Notes: generated by a model not told the origin, from the letters alone. A stretch of 39,258 bases of DNA from Rhodoglobus sp. (GCA_040002655.1 JBDUEC010000001.1:1-39258); one strand, 5' to 3'. Numbered from the stretch's first letter, positions 1-9,574 are shown. Made by a program: numbers and translations.

Positions 1-616
1 TGGTCGGAACTGTGGTCTCGTGGGCCTTGGTGCCCGCGCCCTCGAGGATGCGGATTGTTGACGCGTGATCCGGGTAACCGATCGAGGCCTTCATGATGAA
101 TCGGTCGAGCTGGGCCTCCGGAAGCCGGTAGGTGCCAGCCTGTTCGATCGGGTTCTGGGTGGCGATGACCATGAACGGGGAGCCGACGTCGTGGGTGACG
201 CCGTCAACGGTCACGTGGCCCTCCTCCATCACCTCGAGGAGCGCGGACTGGGTCTTCGGGCTGGCGCGGTTAATCTCGTCGGCGAGCACGATGTTGGCGA
301 AGATCGGGCCCTGATGAAACTCGAATGCGCCCTTGCCCTGGTCGTAGATGCTGACGCCCGTGATGTCGCCGGGAAGGAGGTCGGGGGTGAACTGCACCCG
401 GCTGTTCGTGCCGCCAACACTCTGCGCGATCGCCCTCGCCAGGGAAGTCTTGCCGGTGCCGGGGAAGTCCTCGAGCAGAAGGTGGCCCTCACTCAGCAGG
501 GCCGTGAAGCCAAGGCGCACCACAAAGGTCTTGCCAAGCAGCACCTGGTCGACATTCGCCACGAGACGGTTGAAGATCTCGGCGAACCAGCTGGCTTTCT
601 CTGGGGTCATGGTCAT
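1..616 (-). CDS. MoxR-family AAA+ ATPase, 5' part (continues beyond the left edge; absent from ORF track)
   Basis: Manual translation from ATG 616: [15 protein letters not shown]...[13 protein letters not shown] (Walker A)...[15 protein letters not shown]...[23 protein letters not shown] (Walker B)...[23 protein letters not shown], all MoxR signatures. Starts 9 nt after the stop of the upstream gene. Confidence 0.95.
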   Translation of the reverse strand, partial: MTMTPEKASWFAEIFNRLVANVDQVLLGKTFVVRLGFTALLSEGHLLLEDFPGTGKTSLARAIAQSVGGTNSRVQFTPDLLPGDITGVSIYDQGKGAFEFHQGPIFANIVLADEINRASPKTQSALLEVMEEGHVTVDGVTHDVGSPFMVIATQNPIEQAGTYRLPEAQLDRFIMKASIGYPDHASTIRILEGAGTKAHETTVPT

Positions 617-625
617 GGCGTGTCC

Positions 626-3600
626 CTAGTCATAGTCGTGCCCGTTGTAGCTGATGTCGTAGGTGAGACCACCGTTCGCGATCACCCGGATCGTGAGATA
701 TGCCGGTTGCAGGCCGAGCAGACCGGTGTCGACCTGGCAGGTACCTGGCTGCGACGTGTCCGCGGCTGCAAAGCTGCCGCCGCCGGGCGAGTTGCCGCAC
801 GCGTACTGGATGCCCTCATACGATCCCGACGGCCAGCCTAGCCAGTTGAAGGTCGCCGTCCCACTCACGCTCACGGAGAATGTTGCCGTGAGACTACTGA
901 TCTGCGGGTCAATCGCGGTGCCGAGCGGGAACGCGGCCGAGTAGGTGGACTGGCAGACCGGCCCAGTGTCGTAGGTGCGGCAGGCGCGCACCTGAACGCC
1001 GACGTCGTGACCATACTGCTGCCCGCTCCCGGTCAGGAACTGGTTGAGCCCGATCGGCCCGTACTCGGTTGCGTCGACGTTCGTGAACTTGTAGTACAGC
1101 GTGTACTCGCCCGTGAGGTCGTCCCCGCCGATCGACCCACCAGTGAGCGTGAAGTCGAAGACCGACCCGTTGGCGCTGGGTCCGCTCTTCTGCAGGTCAG
1201 TGACGATTCCCGGCGGCGTGTGGGCGACGACGATCGGGCTGGCCGTGCATCCGATGCCGTTGTAGGCGAAGACCATCAGCGAGTACGTGGCGTTGGCGGA
1301 GAGCCCGTCGAACTCGGTGGACCCCGCGGTGCCCGCATCGATGAGCGTCGCGCCGTTCGCCGAAACCGTTCCATTGGCCGCACAGGTCGGGGCAGCTCCC
1401 GTGAACGCCGCGGCAACATAGTCGGAGATCGGCCGCCCGTTTGAGTCGAACACGGCGCCCCAATCCAGGGTCACCGAGCTGTCGGCAACCAGGCCGGCGG
1501 TCGGGGCTCCGTTGGCGATCGGCGGGCCCGCGGGGGTCTCCGATTGCGGTTCGCTGGTGTTCCAGATCGAGAGCGCGGTGAAGGCTGCGTTCCGCGGGCT
1601 CACTGTGAAGCTGACAGCGACCCCGTTGGTGAGACCCCACTCTGCCGGTGTGTTCCACGAGCAGGTTCCGCCGCTGCAGGCGGAGGGGTTGACATCCGTT
1701 TCATTGGCCCCGACGACCACGTGGTACCGGTCGACCGGGGACCCGCCGGCTGGCGTGGAGACCTGTGTCCACTCCAGGTGGATGCCGTGGTCAAGCGGCG
1801 CGGACGACACAGCGGGCGGGGCGGGCGGGATGATGTCCGACCACACCTCCGGACTCAGGGCCGACGGATCCGAATCGCCAATCGAGTTATGGGCGACCAC
1901 CGAAACCGTGACGGAGTTGGACGGGCCGTTGCCGGGGGTCGACAGGTCGCAGGTGGTTGCCGGGCAGTCCCGGGTCGAGATCAGTGCCCCGCCTGCTTTG
2001 AACACCGACACCGTGTAGCCGGTGATCGGCGAGTTGTTGAACGAGCCGGCGTTCCAATGCATCGTGATGGTCTTGTCGGAGAAGCCGCTCGGCAGGGCGT
2101 TGGTCGGCGGGTCAGGCCGATCCTGGATCGAGATCCTGATCGAGCCCCACACGTAGCGGTCCGGGTCGCCGGATGCGTCGGCCACCTCGTACTGGAGGCT
2201 CACGTCTGCGGTCACCGCGGAGGGGTCGATCGTCACCGAGAGCGTGCTCTTGTTCGCACTCGGGGTGATTGTGACACCAGCTGGCAGCGCCCCGCCATCG
2301 ATTCCGCGGATCGCGATCACCTTGAGCGGCTTGCCGGGGAACGGGTTCGTGGACTCGTCATTGGTGAGAACGTCGACGGTGCTGGTGGTGCCGCGCTTGA
2401 CGATCGCGACATCCGGCGTCGGCTGCAGCAGCGGCCGGGTGGACTGCACCACTGTGAGTTGGATGCGCCCGGACTGCCCCGTCGCAAGGTCGTCCTTCAC
2501 GCCCAACGTGAGCGCCGTGACACTCCCCTTCACGGCGTCATCATCCGCCTTGATGGTGAGCTTGCTGCCATTGAGGGCGTAACTGAACCCGGTCGGGGCC
2601 GGCGCGAGCGCCGAGTACGCGAGTTCGCCGAGATCATCCGGGTACGGATAGGTGGTGAGCTTGAGGAGATCCAGTTCCTTCTGCTGGCCGGGCTCGAAGT
2701 CGAGCACGGCGCCGTCGAACACCGGAGGCTGGTTGTTGCGCGGCAGCACTGTGATCGGCAGCACCAGAATTGCCTTGTGACCGTTCGGGTCGCTCGCCGA
2801 CGTGCCATCCGTCACCTCGAACGAAATGGAGGCCGGCCCGAAGTACTTGTCTGCGCTCGTGAACACCAGCGTGTCCTGGTCGACCACGAGATCCTCGCCG
2901 TTCGAGTGGGTCGCCCGCACCGTACTGGTGTCCGTCAGCCGAACCTGCTTGCCACCGACCGCGACCACGTAGTCGTTGAGGTTGATCGTGAGCGCGTCCT
3001 CGCTGTGCACCGTGAGGGGCTGGGCGCGGCGGTCGAGTTGCGGCAATGCGTCGTCGAGCCCTGGCACCTTGATGAATGCATAGCTGGTGATCTTCGGGTC
3101 ATCGGGATGGGTGACGACGAACGGGATGATCTGCCCCTGGTCCTGGATCGTCACCCTGATTCGCTTGTTCGAGGTCACCTGTGCGACGTCGCCATAACCG
3201 GGGTATACGGCGAGCCCGAGCGAGCGGGCACTTCCGTCTGCGAAGAACACGTTGGCAAGCACATCCACGTTCACCGAGGTCCGGCCCTGCACATCGGACA
3301 GGGTGAGCACGGTGTCGCGCGCCACCGGATACGCACGCGGGGCATCCGGATCGACCTTGACACGAATGAAGTTCTGGCTGGTGCCGCCGAACTCGTTCTC
3401 GATCGAGTAGATGACCCCATAGGTGCCGGGTGTCTTCGGCGGCGTCACCTTCACCACGTTCCCAACGATCTCCGCCGTGGTCTGCGCGTTATTCGGCTCG
3501 ACACGGGTGACGCTGAGCGGACTGCCATCTGGATCGGAGTCGTTGGCGAGCACCTCGACGTTCACGGTGACTCCCGGCCGAACAGTGACCTCGTCGAGCA

Positions 3601-6529
3601 CGGCCACCGGGTTGCGCGCGCCGTCGAGGCGCGGGCTGATCCCCACCCGTACGGTTCCGGTCGCCCGCATACCGAGAGCGTCAATCACGGTATACGTGAA
3701 ACTGTCTGTGCCCGCCGAGTACGTGCCCGCTTGGTAGACGAACGAATCGGCACCGGTGGATTGAACCGACCCCTTCTCGGGGTTCGTCGCCTGCCCGAGG
3801 AGCTGCACCGAGTCGCCGTCCGGGTCGATGCCGGTGAGTGGGATCGTGATCGCCACGGACTGGCCGGCGAGCACCCGAGCCGTGACCGTCGCAGGCACCG
3901 GCGCGTTATTCGTGGCGGCATCCGCTTCGCGCACCGCGATGTGCACCTGAGCGCTCGCGCGCTGGCCGTCCGGGCCTTCGACCTGGTACACCGCCGTGAA
4001 GTTGCCGGTCTTGTGGGGCGCTAGGTACCGCAGCTGGTTGTCTGAGGCGAACAGCAGGCCGGAGCCCTGCGGGAGGGCCTGGGCGAGTTCGGGCACCAGG
4101 GTGAGGTCGGCATCATCCGGATGCTCATCGTTGTCGAGCACGGGAATGTCGATCGCCTGCCCCACGCGCGCCGTGATGGAATCGTCGTTCGCCACCGGCG
4201 CCTGCATGTGGATGGGTGCCGCTATCTCCACGACCGTGATGACACCCTCGGCTTCCGCCAGCCCATTGCTGATGCGGTAGTTGAAGGTGACCGGCCCATC
4301 GTCGAGCGGCTTGTCGAGGCTGACCCGCACGAACCGCTGGTCAAGCACCTGGGCTCTCACCCCCGAGGCCGCCGGAACATTCATCACGCCGGTGACCAGC
4401 AGCACCCCGCCGGCCGGGTCCTGGTCGGTGCCGGCGACATCGACCCGCTCGTCGCTGAGGGTGTGCACGAACACGGTCTTCGGGATGGTGATCGGCTTGG
4501 TGTTCGCGTCTGGCGGGGATGCGACATCGATGCGCACCAGCCCGGTCACCGTCTGGTCGCCGTCGGTGACCACGTATTCGATGTAGTGGGTACGCACCTG
4601 GTCGCTCGAGAAGCGGAACGTACCCGTCTCGTAGCTCGGCACGATTGTCACAGCCGACTTGGCCGGCACACTGTTGAGCCGCACCGTGCCGTTGCCGCCG
4701 CGCACGTGGTCGAGCGGCGAAACCGTTATCTCCTGTCCCGCGTAGGCGAGCACTTCGAAGGGTTCCGCAATCAGCGGTACCTGTCCGGCCGGCTTGACGC
4801 TGACGGAAACGGTGCCAGAGCCTTCTGCACTCCCGTCGGAGACGAGCAGGGAGACGATGGCAAGGTTGGTTCCGCTCTGCCCATCGGAGTAGACGATTGT
4901 GCCCTCGGGCTTGTAGCTGACCGAGTTCGGCGAAGCGACGGATGCCGCGGTCAAGTAGATCGCGTCGCCGTCTGGATCGACCCAGTCGCCCAGCACCTGC
5001 GTCGTGACTCTCCCGCCGGACTGCACGGTCGCCTTCGTGGTGCGTACCTGCTCTGGCGGCGAGTTCTCGGTGGGCTGGCGCACGGTGACCGACACGTGCG
5101 CCGTCGCGTTGCCACCCCGGCCATCGCTGATCGTGTACGAGAACTCGATGGAGCCCGTCGCGCCGGGCTGGAGCGTGAGCTGCAGTTGCTGCTTCTCGTT
5201 GATCAGATCGATGCGACCGACGCTCTCGTCGATCGGCGAAACGCTGTCGATCACGAGCACGTCCCCGTTCGGGTCGTAGTCGTTCAGGAGCACCGGCAGC
5301 ACTGTGGCCCTGGCCGGGCGCGCGCCGAACACGTCGTCGATGGCAATCGGCGGCTGCTGCACCTTGTCCACCTCGGGCGGGGTGTCCTGGTCGTTCTCCT
5401 GCTGTTGTGGTTGATTCTCATCGACCGTGATCAGCTCATCCCAGTTGTCGATGAGCTCGCCACTGCGTTGCACGGCCCACGATCCACCGGAGCGCTCGTC
5501 GTTGAGTACGAGGCGGTCGCCGTTCGCGACGAACGAGAGCACCGGGGCACCGGTCATCCCGGTGAGGTCGAGCGTCTGCCCGCCGGCGGCGTCGCCCGCA
5601 CACTTGCGCCATGCCTGCGCCGTGGTCCAGGCAGCGAACTCACAGCCGCCCATCACCATCGGTCGGGCGGCCGGGCCGAAGTCCCCCGTAACGACCGGCG
5701 TCGGGTTGCCGCCGCCGAGTGGCACGCTGACCAGACCGCCGGAGTGCGAGACGAGCACCGCGTCGCCCGACGTGCTCGGGTCTTGCAGCACAGCGTCCGA
5801 GGCCTCGATGAGCCCCGAAAGGTCGACGGAGTGACCGTCGAGGTAGAGCATTCGGGCGCGCGCGTCGAACACCGCCCATCTTCCGTCGACAGACGTGACG
5901 CTGAAGTCGCCGCCCGCGTCAGCGACCGGCACCGTCGTGGTGGAGTCCACCGCGTCAGAGAGCGCGGCGTTGAGGCGATAGAGCTGCTGCGTCTCCGGGG
6001 AGAACGCGAACATCATGCCGTTCGCGTCGACATCCGCCACCGCGTTCACGCCGAGACTGAGAGTGGATGGCGACTCTGCATCGAAGGACGCCAGGTCGCG
6101 AGCGGCCACGATCCACACCTCGCCGGTGCCCCTCTCGTGGATCACCACGTTCTTGCCTGCGAGGAACACCTCCGGCCGGTTCGGAGGCAGCGGCACGCTG
6201 TCGGTGACGGTCGAGGTGGCCGGGTCGATGATGTCCAGCTTGCTGTTGCCCCGGTCGAACAGCAGCACGGTCGAGCCCTGCTGCACGACACTGATGTCGC
6301 TGCCCGTCGTCGGAACCACTGTGTTGAGCTCGAGCACCTCGGTGTTCGCGCGGCCGATGACCTGCTGCTGGCCGTTGGCCACCCAGACTGAGGCGTCACC
6401 CAGGTCGAGGCGCTGCGCGGTGTAACCAGTGGACACCACGGCGACGGTCACGACCAGCGCGGTGATCACAGAACCGCTCGTCGCAGTCGCGACGAGCGAT
6501 TTGTGGGCGGCGAGCCATTGCCTAAACAC
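626..6529 (-). CDS. Giant membrane-anchored surface protein with cadherin-like/Ig (Big_9-type) repeats and C-terminal fibronectin type III domains, 1967 aa
   Basis: N-terminal hydrophobic helix; repeated P-x-A-x-D-D...VLxND-x-DP-D-GD...F-x-Y units; FN3-like segments (DRPDPPTN...ITMHW...SPITGYTV; PPAPP...LEW...SPVDRYHV; VTLDW...RPISDY). GTG start with GGTGAG SD. Confidence 0.9.
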   Translation of the reverse strand: MFRQWLAAHKSLVATATSGSVITALVVTVAVVSTGYTAQRLDLGDASVWVANGQQQVIGRANTEVLELNTVVPTTGSDISVVQQGSTVLLFDRGNSKLDIIDPATSTVTDSVPLPPNRPEVFLAGKNVVIHERGTGEVWIVAARDLASFDAESPSTLSLGVNAVADVDANGMMFAFSPETQQLYRLNAALSDAVDSTTTVPVADAGGDFSVTSVDGRWAVFDARARMLYLDGHSVDLSGLIEASDAVLQDPSTSGDAVLVSHSGGLVSVPLGGGNPTPVVTGDFGPAARPMVMGGCEFAAWTTAQAWRKCAGDAAGGQTLDLTGMTGAPVLSFVANGDRLVLNDERSGGSWAVQRSGELIDNWDELITVDENQPQQQENDQDTPPEVDKVQQPPIAIDDVFGARPARATVLPVLLNDYDPNGDVLVIDSVSPIDESVGRIDLINEKQQLQLTLQPGATGSIEFSYTISDGRGGNATAHVSVTVRQPTENSPPEQVRTTKATVQSGGRVTTQVLGDWVDPDGDAIYLTAASVASPNSVSYKPEGTIVYSDGQSGTNLAIVSLLVSDGSAEGSGTVSVSVKPAGQVPLIAEPFEVLAYAGQEITVSPLDHVRGGNGTVRLNSVPAKSAVTIVPSYETGTFRFSSDQVRTHYIEYVVTDGDQTVTGLVRIDVASPPDANTKPITIPKTVFVHTLSDERVDVAGTDQDPAGGVLLVTGVMNVPAASGVRAQVLDQRFVRVSLDKPLDDGPVTFNYRISNGLAEAEGVITVVEIAAPIHMQAPVANDDSITARVGQAIDIPVLDNDEHPDDADLTLVPELAQALPQGSGLLFASDNQLRYLAPHKTGNFTAVYQVEGPDGQRASAQVHIAVREADAATNNAPVPATVTARVLAGQSVAITIPLTGIDPDGDSVQLLGQATNPEKGSVQSTGADSFVYQAGTYSAGTDSFTYTVIDALGMRATGTVRVGISPRLDGARNPVAVLDEVTVRPGVTVNVEVLANDSDPDGSPLSVTRVEPNNAQTTAEIVGNVVKVTPPKTPGTYGVIYSIENEFGGTSQNFIRVKVDPDAPRAYPVARDTVLTLSDVQGRTSVNVDVLANVFFADGSARSLGLAVYPGYGDVAQVTSNKRIRVTIQDQGQIIPFVVTHPDDPKITSYAFIKVPGLDDALPQLDRRAQPLTVHSEDALTINLNDYVVAVGGKQVRLTDTSTVRATHSNGEDLVVDQDTLVFTSADKYFGPASISFEVTDGTSASDPNGHKAILVLPITVLPRNNQPPVFDGAVLDFEPGQQKELDLLKLTTYPYPDDLGELAYSALAPAPTGFSYALNGSKLTIKADDDAVKGSVTALTLGVKDDLATGQSGRIQLTVVQSTRPLLQPTPDVAIVKRGTTSTVDVLTNDESTNPFPGKPLKVIAIRGIDGGALPAGVTITPSANKSTLSVTIDPSAVTADVSLQYEVADASGDPDRYVWGSIRISIQDRPDPPTNALPSGFSDKTITMHWNAGSFNNSPITGYTVSVFKAGGALISTRDCPATTCDLSTPGNGPSNSVTVSVVAHNSIGDSDPSALSPEVWSDIIPPAPPAVSSAPLDHGIHLEWTQVSTPAGGSPVDRYHVVVGANETDVNPSACSGGTCSWNTPAEWGLTNGVAVSFTVSPRNAAFTALSIWNTSEPQSETPAGPPIANGAPTAGLVADSSVTLDWGAVFDSNGRPISDYVAAAFTGAAPTCAANGTVSANGATLIDAGTAGSTEFDGLSANATYSLMVFAYNGIGCTASPIVVAHTPPGIVTDLQKSGPSANGSVFDFTLTGGSIGGDDLTGEYTLYYKFTNVDATEYGPIGLNQFLTGSGQQYGHDVGVQVRACRTYDTGPVCQSTYSAAFPLGTAIDPQISSLTATFSVSVSGTATFNWLGWPSGSYEGIQYACGNSPGGGSFAAADTSQPGTCQVDTGLLGLQPAYLTIRVIANGGLTYDISYNGHDYD

Positions 6530-6538
6530 GACTCACCA

Positions 6539-7963
6539 TCATCCGGGCACGTCCGCGCACTTCTCGCTCGATGGCGAGCCGGTCTTGCCGTCACGGTTCA
6601 CGGTCACGGTGATGCAGACGCGCTCGCCCGGCTGGGTGTCCACCACGAACTGGGGCGCGCGCTGGATGCTTGACCCGCCATCACTGGTGACGATCTGGTA
6701 CGAGTCCCCGGAAGCGAGCCCCGGATCGGACCAGCTGAACTCAATGGTTTCTGTGCTGGTCTTGGCTGAGATGTCGGAGACGACCGGGATCGTGTCGCTG
6801 TTTGAGCGGATCAGCACGAGCGTCGCAGTCGCTCCAAGTGCGATCACCAGCACCGCGGCCGCGACGAGACCCCAGGCCAAGGCCTGCATCCCGCGGCCCT
6901 GCGGCATCGGTCGCGTGCCCGTGCTTCGCGGGCCCACGGCGCTGTGCTTGAGCGTGCCCACCGCGTCGTATGTGCCTCCGGCAGTCGCCGCGCGCCGCTT
7001 GCGACGGCGGCTCGCGACACTGGAGCCTGCGCCCACGATCCCGCGGATGCGCGTGCGATCCTCCAGGTCAGCCACCGTGGCGAGCGCCCAGTCATCCATC
7101 GCGACCTCGATGGGAGTCTGTGGTACTCCAATCTCGGTCTCCACGGCCTGGAACTCGTGGATCAGCTCGAGCACACTGCCGGGGCGGTTGTCGGGTTTGC
7201 GCGACATCGCCCTCACCAGTGCGCGCTCCAGGCTCTGCGGCACGTCGGTGCGGCCGATCGGCTGGGGTTTGGCCCGGTTGATGCGGGAGATGAGGTCGGT
7301 CGACTTATTCGACTCCCCGGGGATCTCGAACGGCGATCGCCCGGCCAGCAGCGAATACACCGTCGCGGCGAGCGCCCACGTCTCCGAGGCGATCGATCCT
7401 GCAGTCTCGTCCATGAGCACCTCGGGGGCAGACCACGGGATCGACATCCCGACGGCCTCCTGGTCGTCCGACTCGCTGAGCGTGGCTGCGATGCCGAAGT
7501 CGGAGAGCACCGGATGCCCGTATGCGGTCATCAGGATGTTCGACGGCTTGATATCGCGGTGCAGCACCCCCGCACGGTGGGCGGTCTCGATGGCGCTGCC
7601 GATCTTCACCGCGATTCGCAACACCTCCGGCACCGGCAACCGCTCTGAGCGGTAGCGCTGGCTGAGCGACGCGGAGCACAGTTCCATCACGAGGTAGGGC
7701 CGACCATCCGACGACACGCTCGCCTGGTACACCGTGAGTATCGACGGATGCGCGCTCAGCTGCGCCATGAGGTTCGCCTCGGCCTGGAACATCTGGCGCA
7801 CCTGGTCGTTGACCACCTCGCTCAGCATCACCTTCACCGCGACCTGGCGGCGCGGCATGTTCTGCTCGTAGAGGAAGACGTCGGCAAATCCGCCGGAGCC
7901 GAGGATGCGAATGTGCGAGAACCCGGGAAGGGTGGGGGGTTGCGAAGGCAATCGCCGCGCCAC
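6539..7963 (-). CDS. Hanks-type transmembrane Ser/Thr protein kinase (no PASTA; small FN3-like extracellular domain)
   Basis: LGSGGFADV, VAVK, HRDIKPSNIL, DFG and APE motifs; TM helix ALAWGLVAAAVLVIALGATATLVLI. Start moved from 8077 to GTG 7963, which has GAGGGG upstream. Confidence 0.93.
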   Translation of the reverse strand: MARRLPSQPPTLPGFSHIRILGSGGFADVFLYEQNMPRRQVAVKVMLSEVVNDQVRQMFQAEANLMAQLSAHPSILTVYQASVSSDGRPYLVMELCSASLSQRYRSERLPVPEVLRIAVKIGSAIETAHRAGVLHRDIKPSNILMTAYGHPVLSDFGIAATLSESDDQEAVGMSIPWSAPEVLMDETAGSIASETWALAATVYSLLAGRSPFEIPGESNKSTDLISRINRAKPQPIGRTDVPQSLERALVRAMSRKPDNRPGSVLELIHEFQAVETEIGVPQTPIEVAMDDWALATVADLEDRTRIRGIVGAGSSVASRRRKRRAATAGGTYDAVGTLKHSAVGPRSTGTRPMPQGRGMQALAWGLVAAAVLVIALGATATLVLIRSNSDTIPVVSDISAKTSTETIEFSWSDPGLASGDSYQIVTSDGGSSIQRAPQFVVDTQPGERVCITVTVNRDGKTGSPSSEKCADVPG

Positions 7964-7997
7964 GATTACCCCCTCTGCGAGTCGACGGATTCCGTCC

Positions 7998-8003
7998 ATT
8001 GTA
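7998..8003 (-). promoter_or_regulatory. Putative -10 element (TACAAT) for the kinase-FN3-MoxR transcript
   Basis: TACAAT on the minus strand, 34 nt upstream of the kinase GTG, in a 128-bp intergenic gap. Confidence 0.5.
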
Positions 8004-8091
8004 GGTGGGTGCACTACCGATCCGACCGGACTGTGACCCGAACGGGGGCCATGGGATCCGCCCCCTTTACGGGGCAACTTTCGTGTGTTAG

Positions 8092-8922
8092 TCAGTGCCG
8101 TTCGGGGCGTGGAACGGTGGATTCGATGTCCAACTCGAGGGGTGCATCGAGCACATCGACGACGATCGTTGTGACGTTGTCCCTGCCACCGGACGCGAGT
8201 GCGGCATCCACCAGGGCGCTCGCCGTCTCGCTCGCGCTGAGACTCGCTGCCAGGTGCAAGCGGATGCGCTCGTCGCTGATCTCCTTGGTGAGCCCGTCAG
8301 AGCAGACCAGCAGCCGCAAACCGGTGCGCACCGGGACCATCCACAGGTCGGGCGTCGGCTGCACGTTGAACCCCACCGCCCTGGTGATGATGTTGCTGTC
8401 GGGATGATGCTCCGCCTCGCGCGGGGTCAGCCGACCGGAATCCACGAGTTCCTGCACGACGGAGTGGTCAACCGTGACCTGGGTGAGTTCATTGTGCTCG
8501 AAGCTGTACACCCGGCTGTCGCCGATGTTGAACACAGCGAAGTAGGGCGCGCCGTCGATCATGGTGAGCACGGCGCCGGTCACCGTCGTACCGACCCCGA
8601 GTTCGCTGTCCCCCGCGATCGTGTCGATGTCACTCGTCGCGTGTTCGAGCGCGCGTTCGATCTCCTCCGGCGGCAGGAACTCGGCGGTGATCGCCTCGGC
8701 GAGCCGGGTCACCACGGCGTTGCTGGCGAGGTCGCCCGCCGCGTGGCCGCCCATGCCGTCCGCCACCGCGAAGAGTGGCGAGTGGGCGACGTAGCTGTCC
8801 TCGTTGGCCGCACGGCGCCGGCCGGTGTCGGTCGTCGCGGCCCAGGCCAGGCGGATCGTGGCATCCGGTCGTCCAGGAAGCGCGACGATGTGCGCCGTCT
8901 CGCTCCTGCCGATTGCGGTCAC
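8092..8922 (-). CDS. PP2C/PPM-family Ser/Thr phosphatase (soluble)
   Basis: TDTGRRRAANED, VADGMGGH, GTT, NIGDSRVY, TVDHS, LVCSDGL and GGRDNVT motifs; GTGA overlap with the FHA gene. Confidence 0.95.
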   Translation of the reverse strand: MTAIGRSETAHIVALPGRPDATIRLAWAATTDTGRRRAANEDSYVAHSPLFAVADGMGGHAAGDLASNAVVTRLAEAITAEFLPPEEIERALEHATSDIDTIAGDSELGVGTTVTGAVLTMIDGAPYFAVFNIGDSRVYSFEHNELTQVTVDHSVVQELVDSGRLTPREAEHHPDSNIITRAVGFNVQPTPDLWMVPVRTGLRLLVCSDGLTKEISDERIRLHLAASLSASETASALVDAALASGGRDNVTTIVVDVLDAPLELDIESTVPRPERH

Positions 8923-9482
8923 GACTGCCCTTCTACTTCGGGTACTTGGGGAGGTAATGCGGCGCGCGGAACCAGGCGCTGCATGGGGAGGATCTCGACG
9001 ATGTTGCCGTCGCCGATGTCGACTAGGGTGCCGGGCGACACTACCACCGACTCGCCCTGCCGTAGCTTTCGCGGGGCACTGCCCGGCACCACCACGACGG
9101 AGCCGTTGGTCGACTTCAGGTCGGTGACGATAACGGATGCCCCCAGCTGCCGCACCTCGAGGTGTGTGCTCGACACCTCCTGCTGCGGCGACGGCACGAC
9201 CACAAGGCGCGGCACGACGCCGGTCTGGATGCGCGGCGATGCGGGCCTGCGCCCGAGGTAGGCGGGCACATCGAGCGCGATCGCCTCAGAGTGCTCCCCA
9301 ATGCGAAACCGGTAGTGCAACGTCTCGGGCAACTTCGGTGCGGGGGGCGGATCGACGAGAGCCGCCCGCTCGCGGGGGCCGGCGTTCCCGCTGCCGACGA
9401 CCGTGTCATCGAGATCCTCAAACGGCGCCGTCGCGGTCACCGGGCGCGACGCCGCGACGACGGTGTCGTCGAGATCGGTCAC
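8919..9482 (-). CDS. FHA domain protein
   Basis: YLGRRP...VSSTHLEV...VTDLKSTNGS...IGDG FHA motifs. The track ORF to 9812 overlaps the dehydrogenase; GTG 9482 lies 7 nt after a TACCCT -10-like hexamer. Confidence 0.88.
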   Translation of the reverse strand: MTDLDDTVVAASRPVTATAPFEDLDDTVVGSGNAGPRERAALVDPPPAPKLPETLHYRFRIGEHSEAIALDVPAYLGRRPASPRIQTGVVPRLVVVPSPQQEVSSTHLEVRQLGASVIVTDLKSTNGSVVVVPGSAPRKLRQGESVVVSPGTLVDIGDGNIVEILPMQRLVPRAALPPQVPEVEGQS

Positions 9483-9574
9483 GAGGTCAAGGGTAGTCGC
9501 GCGCCTGCTGCAACCGATATATGAGGTGCGGCGGTTCGCCTGATCGGGACTCGTGGCGCCGCTGGTGACGAAGC

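Noticed and set aside
65-841. 258-aa plus-strand ORF
   Set aside because: Shadow of the MoxR gene on the minus strand.
1544-6391. Very long plus-strand ORFs (826 aa and 756 aa)
   Set aside because: Antisense shadows of the giant gene; Arg/Gly/His-rich with no motifs, as expected from high-GC codon bias.
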